From an uncultured virus (IMG/VR IMGVR_UViG_3300029955_000003) (taxonomy: Duplodnaviria; Heunggongvirae; Uroviricota; Caudoviricetes), in IMG/VR virus record IMGVR_UViG_3300029955_000003: a stretch of 64,000 bases of DNA; one strand, 5' to 3'. Shown in pieces: positions 1-8,675 of the stretch (the stretch's first letter is position 1; each line of letters starts with the position of its first letter). The notes under the pieces are model-generated. The model was not told where the DNA came from. It saw nothing but the letters and a program-made list of their open reading frames with translations, and ran no database searches. The translations under genes and the position numbers were made by a program.

Positions 1-273
1 ATTATCAACTTTCCATCCCGGAACAGTCAAATGTCCCCAAGGGTCAACGACAAATCCGGGTGACCCAGCGCCCGCTAATTTACCATTTAACACGCTAAGA
101 CCATCTACCGATGGTATAACCATAATTTTTTTGGATGAGTTGTTTCGGAAGAATAATTCATATTCTGAATTCTTTCTCCCTTCTATGTAGGTGCGTCCAT
201 TATACGAAACTTCCGTAGTAGGCGAGTCATTGACGCGCACGGAAGCTTCAAAGAAGCTAGTCTTTGAAAACAT
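1..273 (-). CDS. hypothetical phage protein, partial (runs off window start)
   Basis: Own translation: MFSKTSFFEASVRVNDSPTTEVSYNGRTYIEGRKNSEYELFFRNNS...SVDGLSVLNG...; open to position 1; AAGGAA SD before ATG 273. Confidence 0.7.
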   Translation of the reverse strand, partial: MFSKTSFFEASVRVNDSPTTEVSYNGRTYIEGRKNSEYELFFRNNSSKKIMVIPSVDGLSVLNGKLAGAGSPGFVVDPWGHLTVPGWKVDN

Positions 274-356
274 AACTTTTCCTTTTTCTGTCATAGGGCT
301 TAAAGATTCTCACTTTGACTCGTGAGCAATTACACTGCATATAACCTAAAAGGTAT

Positions 357-890
357 TTATTCCGCCGTGGGGGCTTTTTCAATAGGTTTTGATAAAATAT
401 CTAGTCTGTGTTTCATACCGTCACGTAAGGTGAGTTTGAAAACCACATATGATAAAATAAACGCAGTTAACATTATCATATAAAAATAATAACCGTGTGT
501 ATATGCTATAATTCCAAGAACTATAGAAACAAACATTTCAAGATCAAAAATTCTTTCTAGCCCGATACTATTAGTATTAAACAAAGCGAAATCTAATATC
601 TTTAATTTGTCTGCTTCATCTTTTATTTTACCATACCGTTCAGGACTAACATACTTTGTGGCGAATATATTCATAGCCACTATTAATGTCATATAAAAAG
701 ATGCTACATAAAGAGCAATTGCCGGATTCCATCCAATTAACAACAGTCCACCAATGATCATTGATGTGACTTTTAAGAAATGTTTGTTTATGAATGATGG
801 TCGTATCAATGTGCTTTCATATATCGGTTTAATATGTGCTTTTTGATCAGTAGACAACGTAACTTTTAAAAGTTTCTCAATTTTTTCCAA
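357..890 (-). CDS. hypothetical membrane protein
   Basis: 177 aa with about 4 hydrophobic segments; TTG start preceded by GGAG. Confidence 0.7.
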   Translation of the reverse strand: MEKIEKLLKVTLSTDQKAHIKPIYESTLIRPSFINKHFLKVTSMIIGGLLLIGWNPAIALYVASFYMTLIVAMNIFATKYVSPERYGKIKDEADKLKILDFALFNTNSIGLERIFDLEMFVSIVLGIIAYTHGYYFYMIMLTAFILSYVVFKLTLRDGMKHRLDILSKPIEKAPTAE

Positions 891-931
891 ACAAATAACT
901 CCTATTAAATTATATAGTACTCAACTACAAC

Positions 932-1174
932 TCACGCAACATTCTTTTTTAAATTATTCCAGTCATTTTCCCACATAACAACAAGATTGTATCCTGCTTC
1001 ACGGATAACCTTTTCTTCCGCTGTGGTTTTTGTGTATAATTCGTTGAAAGATTTTTTAATATGTTTATTACAATCATCAGGGTCAAAAACAGCCGGGTTT
1101 CCGTGCCAATAATCACCATGAATATCAATAAATTTATTAATAACTTCTTCTAATGTCATTCTGATTGGCATCAT
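932..1174 (-). pseudogene. internally deleted homing-endonuclease remnant (Vsr/DUF559-like C-terminus)
   Basis: N-terminal FxxxHG repeat start joined directly to DYWHGNP...GYNLVVMWENDW; only 80 aa. Confidence 0.55.
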
Positions 1175-1213
1175 ATTTATTTATTACTAAATAATATAAA
1201 AGGTAGTTAATAA

Positions 1214-1582
1214 ATGTATAAAGTACAGAGTTATAAAGTGGGAGATACTTTATTTGAAGCCTGTGGCCCGCAGACGGGTCAGAATTTCAATGCGTTCAAT
1301 ATAACTCCGAGTCCGACTCCATATATTAGAGTGGCAAATGATAGCACTGCAACCGTTCAACTATGGCAAGGACAGGCAAAATTAATAACATCTGATACCA
1401 GTGGTACGAATTTAATCAATATAGATTATAGTGTTCCTGATGCTGGTTGGACTTTAGTTACAACTTTTGCTCCGGGACAAACCGACTTCGCATGTCCTTA
1501 TTTTACTGCACAAAATCATCTAAAATTTACACTCAGTGTAGCTGGATATGGCTTTTTCTTTGCTCGTTTAGATTATAAATAA
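1214..1582 (+). CDS. hypothetical late protein, probably virion-associated
   Basis: 122-aa beta-rich ORF; TAAATA and AAGG upstream. Confidence 0.6.
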   Translation: MYKVQSYKVGDTLFEACGPQTGQNFNAFNITPSPTPYIRVANDSTATVQLWQGQAKLITSDTSGTNLINIDYSVPDAGWTLVTTFAPGQTDFACPYFTAQNHLKFTLSVAGYGFFFARLDYK

Positions 1583-1959
1583 TTTTTATTAAATTTTCTA
1601 CCCATACGCTTTTTGTATGAAGCAGAAACAATTCTTAAATTATTTTCGACATGCAATCCCGAAAACCTACGGTGGGCAATCGGATAAATGTGAATTACCA
1701 CAAATTCAATATTATGACGGGCAGTTTCAAAAACTGCCTGTTGATAAATTTTTCTAATTTTTCCTCTATCTGCCCATGACGGAGTGGCGCGTTTTAATAA
1801 CTTTCGCTTTCTGGCGTCCCGCTCAAACCATATTTCATCCGAATCTCCCAACATTACGACTATATCGGCTGTGTTAATAGTCCGGTACTTACGCATATAA
1901 TGCATACGTTTGGAGGGATTTTTTTCCCTCCATCTTTTAGATTTCTCTGATTCTGTCAT
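1573..1959 (-). CDS. HNH-like protein, degenerate
   Basis: RATPSWAD...HIYPI...SGLHVENNLRI resembles the phage ATPxW...HVDHxxPL...GLHVxxNL HNH family; Asp of DH is missing. Confidence 0.6.
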   Translation of the reverse strand: MTESEKSKRWREKNPSKRMHYMRKYRTINTADIVVMLGDSDEIWFERDARKRKLLKRATPSWADRGKIRKIYQQAVFETARHNIEFVVIHIYPIAHRRFSGLHVENNLRIVSASYKKRMGRKFNKNYL

Positions 1960-2040
1960 AATTTTCTCGGTCGGTTACGCAACATCAAAGATTATTTATT
2001 AACACCCTTAAATATATGCGTATGACAAGGAGTTAATATA

Positions 2041-4191
2041 ATGTCAAGTAATCAACTATTAGTTTCTCAAACATCAAGCGTTGGAACCGGAGCCGCAATA
2101 AGCCTCCAATCCGGCGAAAATGTGAGAACTCTTCAATTCAACCCTGCTGCTGGTACTGGTTTTACCGGAGAAGTGATCGTTCAAGGATCGTTCGCACTTT
2201 CTCCCGGAGCAAATGATTGGGTAAATCTAGTAACTATCGATTTTTCTAAGCACACTTATTCGTTATCTTTAGATGTTGCAAGTAATGTTCCTGTCGTTCG
2301 TGGTAACGTTAGCGTAGCTACAGGCGGCGCTATCTCGGTTTATGTTTCAGGACGTACCGGTACAATCAGTGGAAATACCGGAGTTAATTCGACAATTGCA
2401 ACTGCAATTATTAATTCTTCGTTAACCATCGGTGGTACAGGCACAAACTTCCACGTAAATGCTGCTATCGTTCCTAGCTTTACTTCAGACGATGTTGTTT
2501 ATGCTAATGACCTTTCCAAAACTGTTACCGACATGCTCGCTGGCACGAACGGCGCACCCGGCTTTCAGACAAAGATTGGCGACGGTAATGTTATTACCAC
2601 TAGCGCAGACCTTAATGTTTTAGCTGGTTTAGCTAATTATGGATTAACCAATGCTGATATGCAGCGTGTTGCTAACACGAATGCCTCGACTACTGAAATC
2701 AATAATCTTGTTGGTACCACTTCCAATATTCAGACTCAGTTAAACTCTTTCAGCGCATTAATGAGACTTAATAGCGTTACAGCATCTGCTGCTGATATAA
2801 ACACTCTTACTGGTACTGCCGGTACGTTTACAAGCGCCAATTTGGCTATGTTAGGTCAGATCACAGCATCTGCTGCTGATATTAACCGTCTTACGGGCTT
2901 TACTGGTAACTCAACCATCCTTAATCGTTTAACTGGATTGACATCTTCAACTGCCGATCTTAATGCAATTAATGGTCTTGCAGCAAGTGGTGTCAATGTT
3001 ACTCAGCTTGGTTACCTTTCTGGTCTAACAACAAATGTTCAATCTGCTCTTGCTACTATTCCAAACTTACTTGGTCTTACTTCGTCAGTGAATGATATTA
3101 ACATCCTAGCTGGCGCTTCCACTGGAAGTGGTAGTTATGTGACTCAAATCACCGCTACCGAAGTATCATATCTTGCCAATCTTACCGCCAATATTCAGGC
3201 GCAGTTAGACGGCAAGCGTCCAAGCTCTGGTACCATTGGTGTTAATGAAATTTCTGGTTCTTCTATTACAACTGTAGAATTAAACTATCTACAGGGAGCA
3301 ACCTTAAATATTCAAACACAGCTTAATAACCTTACGATGACTAAAATTGGCTCATCTGGTGGCTTGATTAATGGTGCTCTTCAGTTAGCAAGCGGAACTT
3401 CTGCTGCTCCTGCAATCGGATTCCAAGGTGCATATACCGGCACTGGTATCTATAAGTTACCTGTTGGTGCTGGATTAGGCATCGCTGTTGGTGGTACTGG
3501 ATTTGCTGCATTCGATGGTACCAATTTAATATTGGGCGACGGTGTAACCACAGGTGGTCCTCGTATTCAGGCAGTCGGTTTCTCTGCGACAGTTCCTACC
3601 TATTCGTTTACTGGCGATACTGATACTGGTATTAGCTACCATGGCACCAACGCAATAAGCATTGTTGCTGGCGCTAAAGAAATGGCTACCTTTGATTATA
3701 CCAATAAGGCTATCACTATCGGTGGTGCTGTTGCAGATAACAATGTTGTCTCGGTAGTTGGTAAATTTGCTGGTGAAAAGCTTCTTGGTTCCGTGGCAAT
3801 CAATGGTAAAGTTGGTGGTGTTACCGCTTCCAGCTATAATGTTCCTGCTGGCAGAAATGCGATTATAACAAAGGTTGTGTTGCTTCTTACCTCCGCAACC
3901 GGTGTTGCGCCTTCAACCAATGGTGGTTTAGCTATCAATCTAGGTTGGTCCCCGGCTCCTAGCTACAACCAGTTAATTGATAGCACATTAACTGCTACAC
4001 AGGCAAAAATCAATCCTTCTTATGGTTTCAACACCACCGGACAGACATTGATTATCAATGATATAGGTATCACTGCTGGTGCAAACTATCAGTTCGTTCC
4101 TGCGGGCGCAAACGTGGCTGTCAATGTTGTGACCGCTGCTACTGCTACCACATATAACTTCACGGTCTATATTTTCGGTTTCGAGTACTGA
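2041..4191 (+). CDS. virion fibre / structural protein with internal repeats
   Basis: 716 aa, Gly/Thr/Ala/Asn-rich; repeated TASAADINxLxG and NIQxQL units; PTYSFTGDTDTGI fibre motif; late promoter and AAGGAG SD. Confidence 0.7.
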   Translation: MSSNQLLVSQTSSVGTGAAISLQSGENVRTLQFNPAAGTGFTGEVIVQGSFALSPGANDWVNLVTIDFSKHTYSLSLDVASNVPVVRGNVSVATGGAISVYVSGRTGTISGNTGVNSTIATAIINSSLTIGGTGTNFHVNAAIVPSFTSDDVVYANDLSKTVTDMLAGTNGAPGFQTKIGDGNVITTSADLNVLAGLANYGLTNADMQRVANTNASTTEINNLVGTTSNIQTQLNSFSALMRLNSVTASAADINTLTGTAGTFTSANLAMLGQITASAADINRLTGFTGNSTILNRLTGLTSSTADLNAINGLAASGVNVTQLGYLSGLTTNVQSALATIPNLLGLTSSVNDINILAGASTGSGSYVTQITATEVSYLANLTANIQAQLDGKRPSSGTIGVNEISGSSITTVELNYLQGATLNIQTQLNNLTMTKIGSSGGLINGALQLASGTSAAPAIGFQGAYTGTGIYKLPVGAGLGIAVGGTGFAAFDGTNLILGDGVTTGGPRIQAVGFSATVPTYSFTGDTDTGISYHGTNAISIVAGAKEMATFDYTNKAITIGGAVADNNVVSVVGKFAGEKLLGSVAINGKVGGVTASSYNVPAGRNAIITKVVLLLTSATGVAPSTNGGLAINLGWSPAPSYNQLIDSTLTATQAKINPSYGFNTTGQTLIINDIGITAGANYQFVPAGANVAVNVVTAATATTYNFTVYIFGFEY

Positions 4192-4209
4192 TATTAGTTT
4201 ATAATAAAG

Positions 4210-4237
4210 AAAAAGGGCGCTTTATGCGCCCTTTTTT
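4210..4237. terminator. bidirectional intrinsic terminator
   Basis: AAAAAGGGCGC-TTTAT-GCGCCCTTTTTT between convergent genes. Confidence 0.85.
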
Positions 4238-4239
4238 GT

Positions 4240-5139
4240 TTATCTATGATAGTCGGCAATTAATTTACACCAATTAATAAATTCATCATTAGGTACTGAT
4301 TGTTTACATATATTTAATTTCTTATGAACCCACTGTACATTATCTATACAATAACCGGTATTAGAATCTATTCTATCTATAGATGCAGTCTGCTTGTTAG
4401 GGCTACCTAAAGTAATATCAACACCACTTAATGCACATTTACCATTTTGTTTTTGAAAAAGTGACCACATGTCTTCAATAGAAATATCAAAATTTAAATT
4501 TCTTATAATAGCACCATGATGAATTCTAGTCCAATATGTTTTATGAATATCTCCATACCCTTTAAATGAAGAGCTATTTTTTCCTAATTGACGCTTACAC
4601 CCACAATGGGTTTGTGATCCTCTGGATAAACAATACCCCGGAACCACATAATCTTTAGTACCACATGAACATTCACACAGCCATGTTATTCTACCTCTAG
4701 AAGAAGTACCATATCGTTTTAATACATACAATTCACCAAATAATTTATCGGTAAGGTCGTTAGCAGAAGACCCACGATTCTTTTGACATCCACAATGCAA
4801 TGCTCCTTCTTTTCTGGATATAGCACTCCCGACTTTTTCAGTTATATTACCACAATCACACTTAAATTCCCAAATAAACCCCTTACCGGGTTCGATCCGT
4901 AGCGGTTTAACGGCGGTCAAATATCCATATTTGTTACCAGTAAAATCTTTCTTTTGCGAACATTCATTACAACAACTATCAAATTTTTTCTTTATCGCTT
5001 GTTGTATATCTTCGGCGGCTCTTTTTACAATATTTCCACAATCACAACGCATTTCCCATATAATATTTTTAGCTCTTCTTTCTTCTGTTGGTTTTATTCC
5101 AATAAGTTTACCAACTCTTATTCCTGTAAAATCTTTCAT
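4240..5139 (-). mobile_element. free-standing HNH-type homing endonuclease
   Basis: Three WxCxCxCG repeats; C-terminal CALSG...SIDRIDSxxGYxxDNVQWV...N; perfect TATAAATA at 5170-5177 (-). Confidence 0.8.
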
Positions 5140-5208
5140 AGTATCGTCTTTCCAATTTTGTTATGATACTATTTATATAAGCCATCTAATATTCAATGCA
5201 CAAAATAT

Positions 5209-6114
5209 TCACTTTTTAATTTTGGTTTCATATTTTTCGATGATATTTTTAAACTCATTTATCATAATTCCAATGTCTGGATTTATTTGTACGGCAACCG
5301 AAAGATTTCCATAATGAATCTCCAAACAATTTAATAATAATCTTTTGATAAGTTCCTCATTTGGTTCTACTTGTAATGATGATTGAACATACAGACTGTC
5401 GATTTCCCTTTCCATATTAGCAAACCATTCAATTAATCTCTCTAATGTCCATTCACCCCGTCTAATAGGTTTTAAAATTTCACTATTACGTTCAATATCA
5501 AGATCACACTCTAATAAAAGTTGTCTAATTTCTAAACAATTCCGAACAAGATGAGCACCGTGCTTAACATCCCATCCCATCTCATCGATTAGCTCTTTTC
5601 GTTTAGAATTTTCATATTTTTTATTTCTAATTTTAGATAATTGTGCTGCCGCATAACCCATAAATTTTGGAACCGCAGCTTTAGAATAAAATAATTTTCT
5701 ATTTTTTAAAATCAACTCACCAATTTCCGTAGTATGTAACACACATCTTCGTGGAGTCGCGATTATATCCAATATATTTGGATTGTTTTCCATACAAAGG
5801 TGAAAAAATTTAACTATAGAATATAGTGTTATATCATATTCTCTGTTTTTTTCCTTATCATCAATATGGTGTTTCTGATATACGGTAAACGGTTGTGGTT
5901 TATCGCTAAACCCATACACATATCCCCCAACACTATACGGAAATATATCAGCCTTTGGCGGAATAACGACTGAAACAATGTCCATATCAGATAAGTCGTT
6001 ATTCATACCATAGGCGATGGAGCCAGTAAGCACCTCCAACACAATGTTGTTCTTAACCCAACGAGGTGGGTTTATCCATTCCTTTTCTAAACATCGTGTG
6101 ATTACTGACGCCAT
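5209..6114 (-). CDS. Pol-beta superfamily nucleotidyltransferase (RlaP/YcgL-like)
   Basis: GSIAYG...SDMD motif, NPNILD, KHGAHLVR, IRRGEW. Confidence 0.8.
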   Translation of the reverse strand: MASVITRCLEKEWINPPRWVKNNIVLEVLTGSIAYGMNNDLSDMDIVSVVIPPKADIFPYSVGGYVYGFSDKPQPFTVYQKHHIDDKEKNREYDITLYSIVKFFHLCMENNPNILDIIATPRRCVLHTTEIGELILKNRKLFYSKAAVPKFMGYAAAQLSKIRNKKYENSKRKELIDEMGWDVKHGAHLVRNCLEIRQLLLECDLDIERNSEILKPIRRGEWTLERLIEWFANMEREIDSLYVQSSLQVEPNEELIKRLLLNCLEIHYGNLSVAVQINPDIGIMINEFKNIIEKYETKIKK

Positions 6115-6119
6115 TTTGT

Positions 6120-6482
6120 TTACTCCCTTATTGTTTCAACTCTTGTAAACTTTTTACCATTGGAAATAGGTATGAAATAATCTTCAAGCATTGATATTGG
6201 ATTATATGTTTGTAATTCCTCTTTGCATTTAGCCACAATGTCTTGCGCCCGTTCGTCGCCTATAGCATCTGGACCAAGATCAATATACCAAACTTTCCTT
6301 GTTTCGGTAGGATCAACGTCTACCACTTCATATTCGAAATCAAGATTAGTATCCCATTGTTTTCTAATATGAACGGCTTTAATTCCCGGCAAAGCATTAA
6401 ACTTCCTAAGCTCATCAACCACTCGTTGGGCACCGTCGCCCATTCCAGATGACAAAATCACTAATTTATACTTATTACTCAT
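6120..6482 (-). CDS. small protein containing a copy of the portal clip region
   Basis: VWYIDLG...YNPISMLEDYFIPIS matches this genome's portal (VWYIDVG...YNPISQLEDYFIPIS); GAGG SD before ATG 6482. Confidence 0.75.
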   Translation of the reverse strand: MSNKYKLVILSSGMGDGAQRVVDELRKFNALPGIKAVHIRKQWDTNLDFEYEVVDVDPTETRKVWYIDLGPDAIGDERAQDIVAKCKEELQTYNPISMLEDYFIPISNGKKFTRVETIRE

Positions 6483-6623
6483 TTTTTGTATCCTCTCTCT
6501 CACCCCATAAAGAACGTATTCCCCACAGGTTTGATACTGCGCACCATGCGCAATTAATATCTATAACCGTCCTATTGAAAAAGCAATGATATTATATTAA
6601 ATAAGTCTTATAAGGAGAGTAAA

Positions 6624-7280
6624 ATGCAGCGTAAATTGATTATTACTCCCGCTGAGGGAGGAGAAGATAGCTATCTTCTCACACAAGACTTTATGAAAGC
6701 CTATACAAAATTTGCAAAAAATATGAATTGGTCATTCACTTGACTCAATGAATTTACCCTTATCATAGAGGGTAAAGATGTATCACGCCTTGAGCAAGAA
6801 TCGGGCGGTCATCGAATCCAAAGAATCCCACCAACTGAAAAACGCAACCGCACTCACACGAGTACGATAACAATCGCCGTTATTGATCCAACGATAAAAG
6901 AAATCATTATAAATGATGACGACTTTGAAATTCAATGGTTTAATGGTACCGGTTGCGGCGGGCAGCACAGAAACAAGAAGGCTTGTAGCTGTAGGGTCAT
7001 TCACAAGCCCACAGGGCTGACAGAACAGCGCCAGAGTAGAAGTCGTGAGGATAATAAACGAGAGGCGTTAGAGGCGCTTAAACAGCGTTTAACATCATCT
7101 CACTCATCTACAATTAATTCTGATAAAACCAAATTGATTAAAAAGCTTCAAGGGTCGGGCGAAAGGGGCGATAAAATCAGAACGTATCGTTTCCAAGATA
7201 ATGTCACAAAAGACGACAGAACTGGAAAGGTCGCGGCGACTGATAAGATCATGTCTGGTAGGTTCGATCTTCTATGGTAA
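6624..7280 (+). CDS. class-I peptide chain release factor homologue (RF1-type PxT, PrfH-like length) with in-frame UGA at codon 40
   Basis: Own translation: MQRKLIITPAEGGEDS...NWSFT*LNEF...ESGGHRIQRIPPTEKRNRTHTS...GTGCGGQHRNK...HKPTG...GERGDKIRTYRF...; AAGGAG SD; TGA at 6741-6743; TAA at 7278-7280. Confidence 0.88.
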
Positions 7281-7292
7281 AAGATGAATTAA

Positions 7293-7300
7293 TATAAATA
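7293..7300 (+). promoter_or_regulatory. T4-type late promoter
   Basis: TATAAATA upstream of 7322. Confidence 0.75.
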
Positions 7301-7321
7301 CTATTACAAGGATTATATCAT

Positions 7322-7597
7322 ATGGACCCTACTTTAAATCAATCTCCTGCTCCAATGACGCAAGACCCCGCCATTGCTCAGTTGCAGCAGCGCGCGGGCA
7401 TCAATCAACAGGTGCCTAATATTACAACAATTAATGGAAAGTTAACTGATATCGCTAATGAATTAAATTCACTAGGATCATTTTTCAAAAGCGGTGGGTT
7501 CTCTATGAATCAACAGTCGAAAATGACGGTCGGTGCTAATCTGCAAAGAATTCAAGCAGCAGTGCAAGGCTTAATCAAAGACGGACATTTTCAATAA
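7322..7597 (+). CDS. hypothetical late protein
   Basis: 91 aa; late promoter, AAGGA SD and downstream terminator. Confidence 0.7.
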   Translation: MDPTLNQSPAPMTQDPAIAQLQQRAGINQQVPNITTINGKLTDIANELNSLGSFFKSGGFSMNQQSKMTVGANLQRIQAAVQGLIKDGHFQ

Positions 7598-7619
7598 AAA
7601 GGGGGCTTTCGCCCCCTTT
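7598..7619. terminator. bidirectional intrinsic terminator
   Basis: AAAGGGGGC-TTTC-GCCCCCTTT between convergent genes. Confidence 0.85.
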
Positions 7620-7621
7620 AA

Positions 7622-8044
7622 TTATCTGATAGTAAATGATTTCCCTTGAACAACTTCGGGGGCTTTTCTTTTAAGAGGGATGGTCAGCATCCCATGCTCC
7701 ATGATAACATCATCCACAACTTCAAAATCATGTCCAACTTTGAAATCGAGCGAGAATGCTCTTTTTGCTATACCTTTATAGATATAATCTTTATCATCTT
7801 TTGTGTTGTCAACGTTAATTGATTTGACTGTTAGGATATCGTCCTTTACTAAAACATCAATATCGGATCGAGTGAAACCGGCAAGAGCCACAACGATATG
7901 TTGCACATCTTCTGATATTTTTTCTATATTAAATGGGGGATATGAAGGGCGTTCCGTTCTCATTAAGTCATCAAATTCACGGAATAAGTTATCGAACCCT
8001 ACAATACGGGGGTGTTTAAAAAGTGTTAGTGTTGAATTTACCAT
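7622..8044 (-). CDS. ibpA: small heat-shock protein (Hsp20/IbpA family)
   Basis: SYPPFNIEK, ALAGF, YIYKGIAKRAF, HGMLTI; likely start ATG 8044 with AGGAG SD. Confidence 0.92.
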   Translation of the reverse strand: MVNSTLTLFKHPRIVGFDNLFREFDDLMRTERPSYPPFNIEKISEDVQHIVVALAGFTRSDIDVLVKDDILTVKSINVDNTKDDKDYIYKGIAKRAFSLDFKVGHDFEVVDDVIMEHGMLTIPLKRKAPEVVQGKSFTIR

Positions 8045-8158
8045 AATTAATCTCCTTTTAAGCAAGATTGTTAATAATAAACTACCTTTTGGTTCTTCGT
8101 AAGACCCCACAAAGGCAGTCTATCCACGATCCTATCGGCATCGTGTATTATATTTAGG
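8045..8158 (-). promoter_or_regulatory. ROSE-like RNA thermometer 5'UTR with late promoter
   Basis: AAUCUUGCU-UAAA-AGGAGAUU hairpin over the SD, two upstream hairpins, TAAATA at 8151-8156 (-). Confidence 0.75.
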
Positions 8159-8175
8159 CAACCAAAACACTATTT

Positions 8176-8664
8176 TCAATAAGAATCTGTATAATTTTCA
8201 AATTCAGATGGGTCAGAAGATAAACACCCTATGTAGATATAATCCGCATCAAACGTGATGCCGTCAATGCGCTTCCATGTGAAGCCGCCGCCTGTCTCAT
8301 AGTTGCGCCAAGGCACGTCAATTTCAAACACACCATCGCTACATTGCGCAACGCAATAAACATGTTGTTCATTCATAGATGAAACTGATGCGCAATCAAT
8401 CCCATGATGATTCATTATTTCAGAAAGGGAATCCGCGATAAGATGACAAATTCCACCACCGGCATACTCGTCTTGAAAACCAATTTCATCCCCATCAATC
8501 ATTTCCCATTTATCATATTGATGTTGGGCAGCTTTAACAAATAATGGAATTAATGCTTTAATTGCTTGACTAGATGGCAAGGAACTAAAGTCAACTTGTT
8601 CATCATCATCATCATCGAAAGACTCTATTAGATTAATTTTATTGAGAATTGTGGAAAGTCGCAT
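8176..8664 (-). CDS. hypothetical late protein (possible internal head protein)
   Basis: Likely start MRLSTIL 5 nt after TAAATA; acidic. Confidence 0.65.
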   Translation of the reverse strand: MRLSTILNKINLIESFDDDDDEQVDFSSLPSSQAIKALIPLFVKAAQHQYDKWEMIDGDEIGFQDEYAGGGICHLIADSLSEIMNHHGIDCASVSSMNEQHVYCVAQCSDGVFEIDVPWRNYETGGGFTWKRIDGITFDADYIYIGCLSSDPSEFENYTDSY

Positions 8665-8675
8665 ATAGTTATTTA

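Noticed and set aside
1960..1995. GTCGGT..ACG..CAACATC resembling the minus-strand segment at 33565-33588
   Set aside because: The match is short and gapped, and lies in the opposite orientation to the adjacent promoter; it may be chance.
6735..6750. prfB-style +1 frameshift at CTTGAC
   Set aside because: Homology continues in the same frame after TGA, and the CTT-TGA codon pair and internal SD of prfB are absent.
6783..7004. 73-aa minus-strand ORF in the track
   Set aside because: It is an antisense shadow of the release-factor gene.
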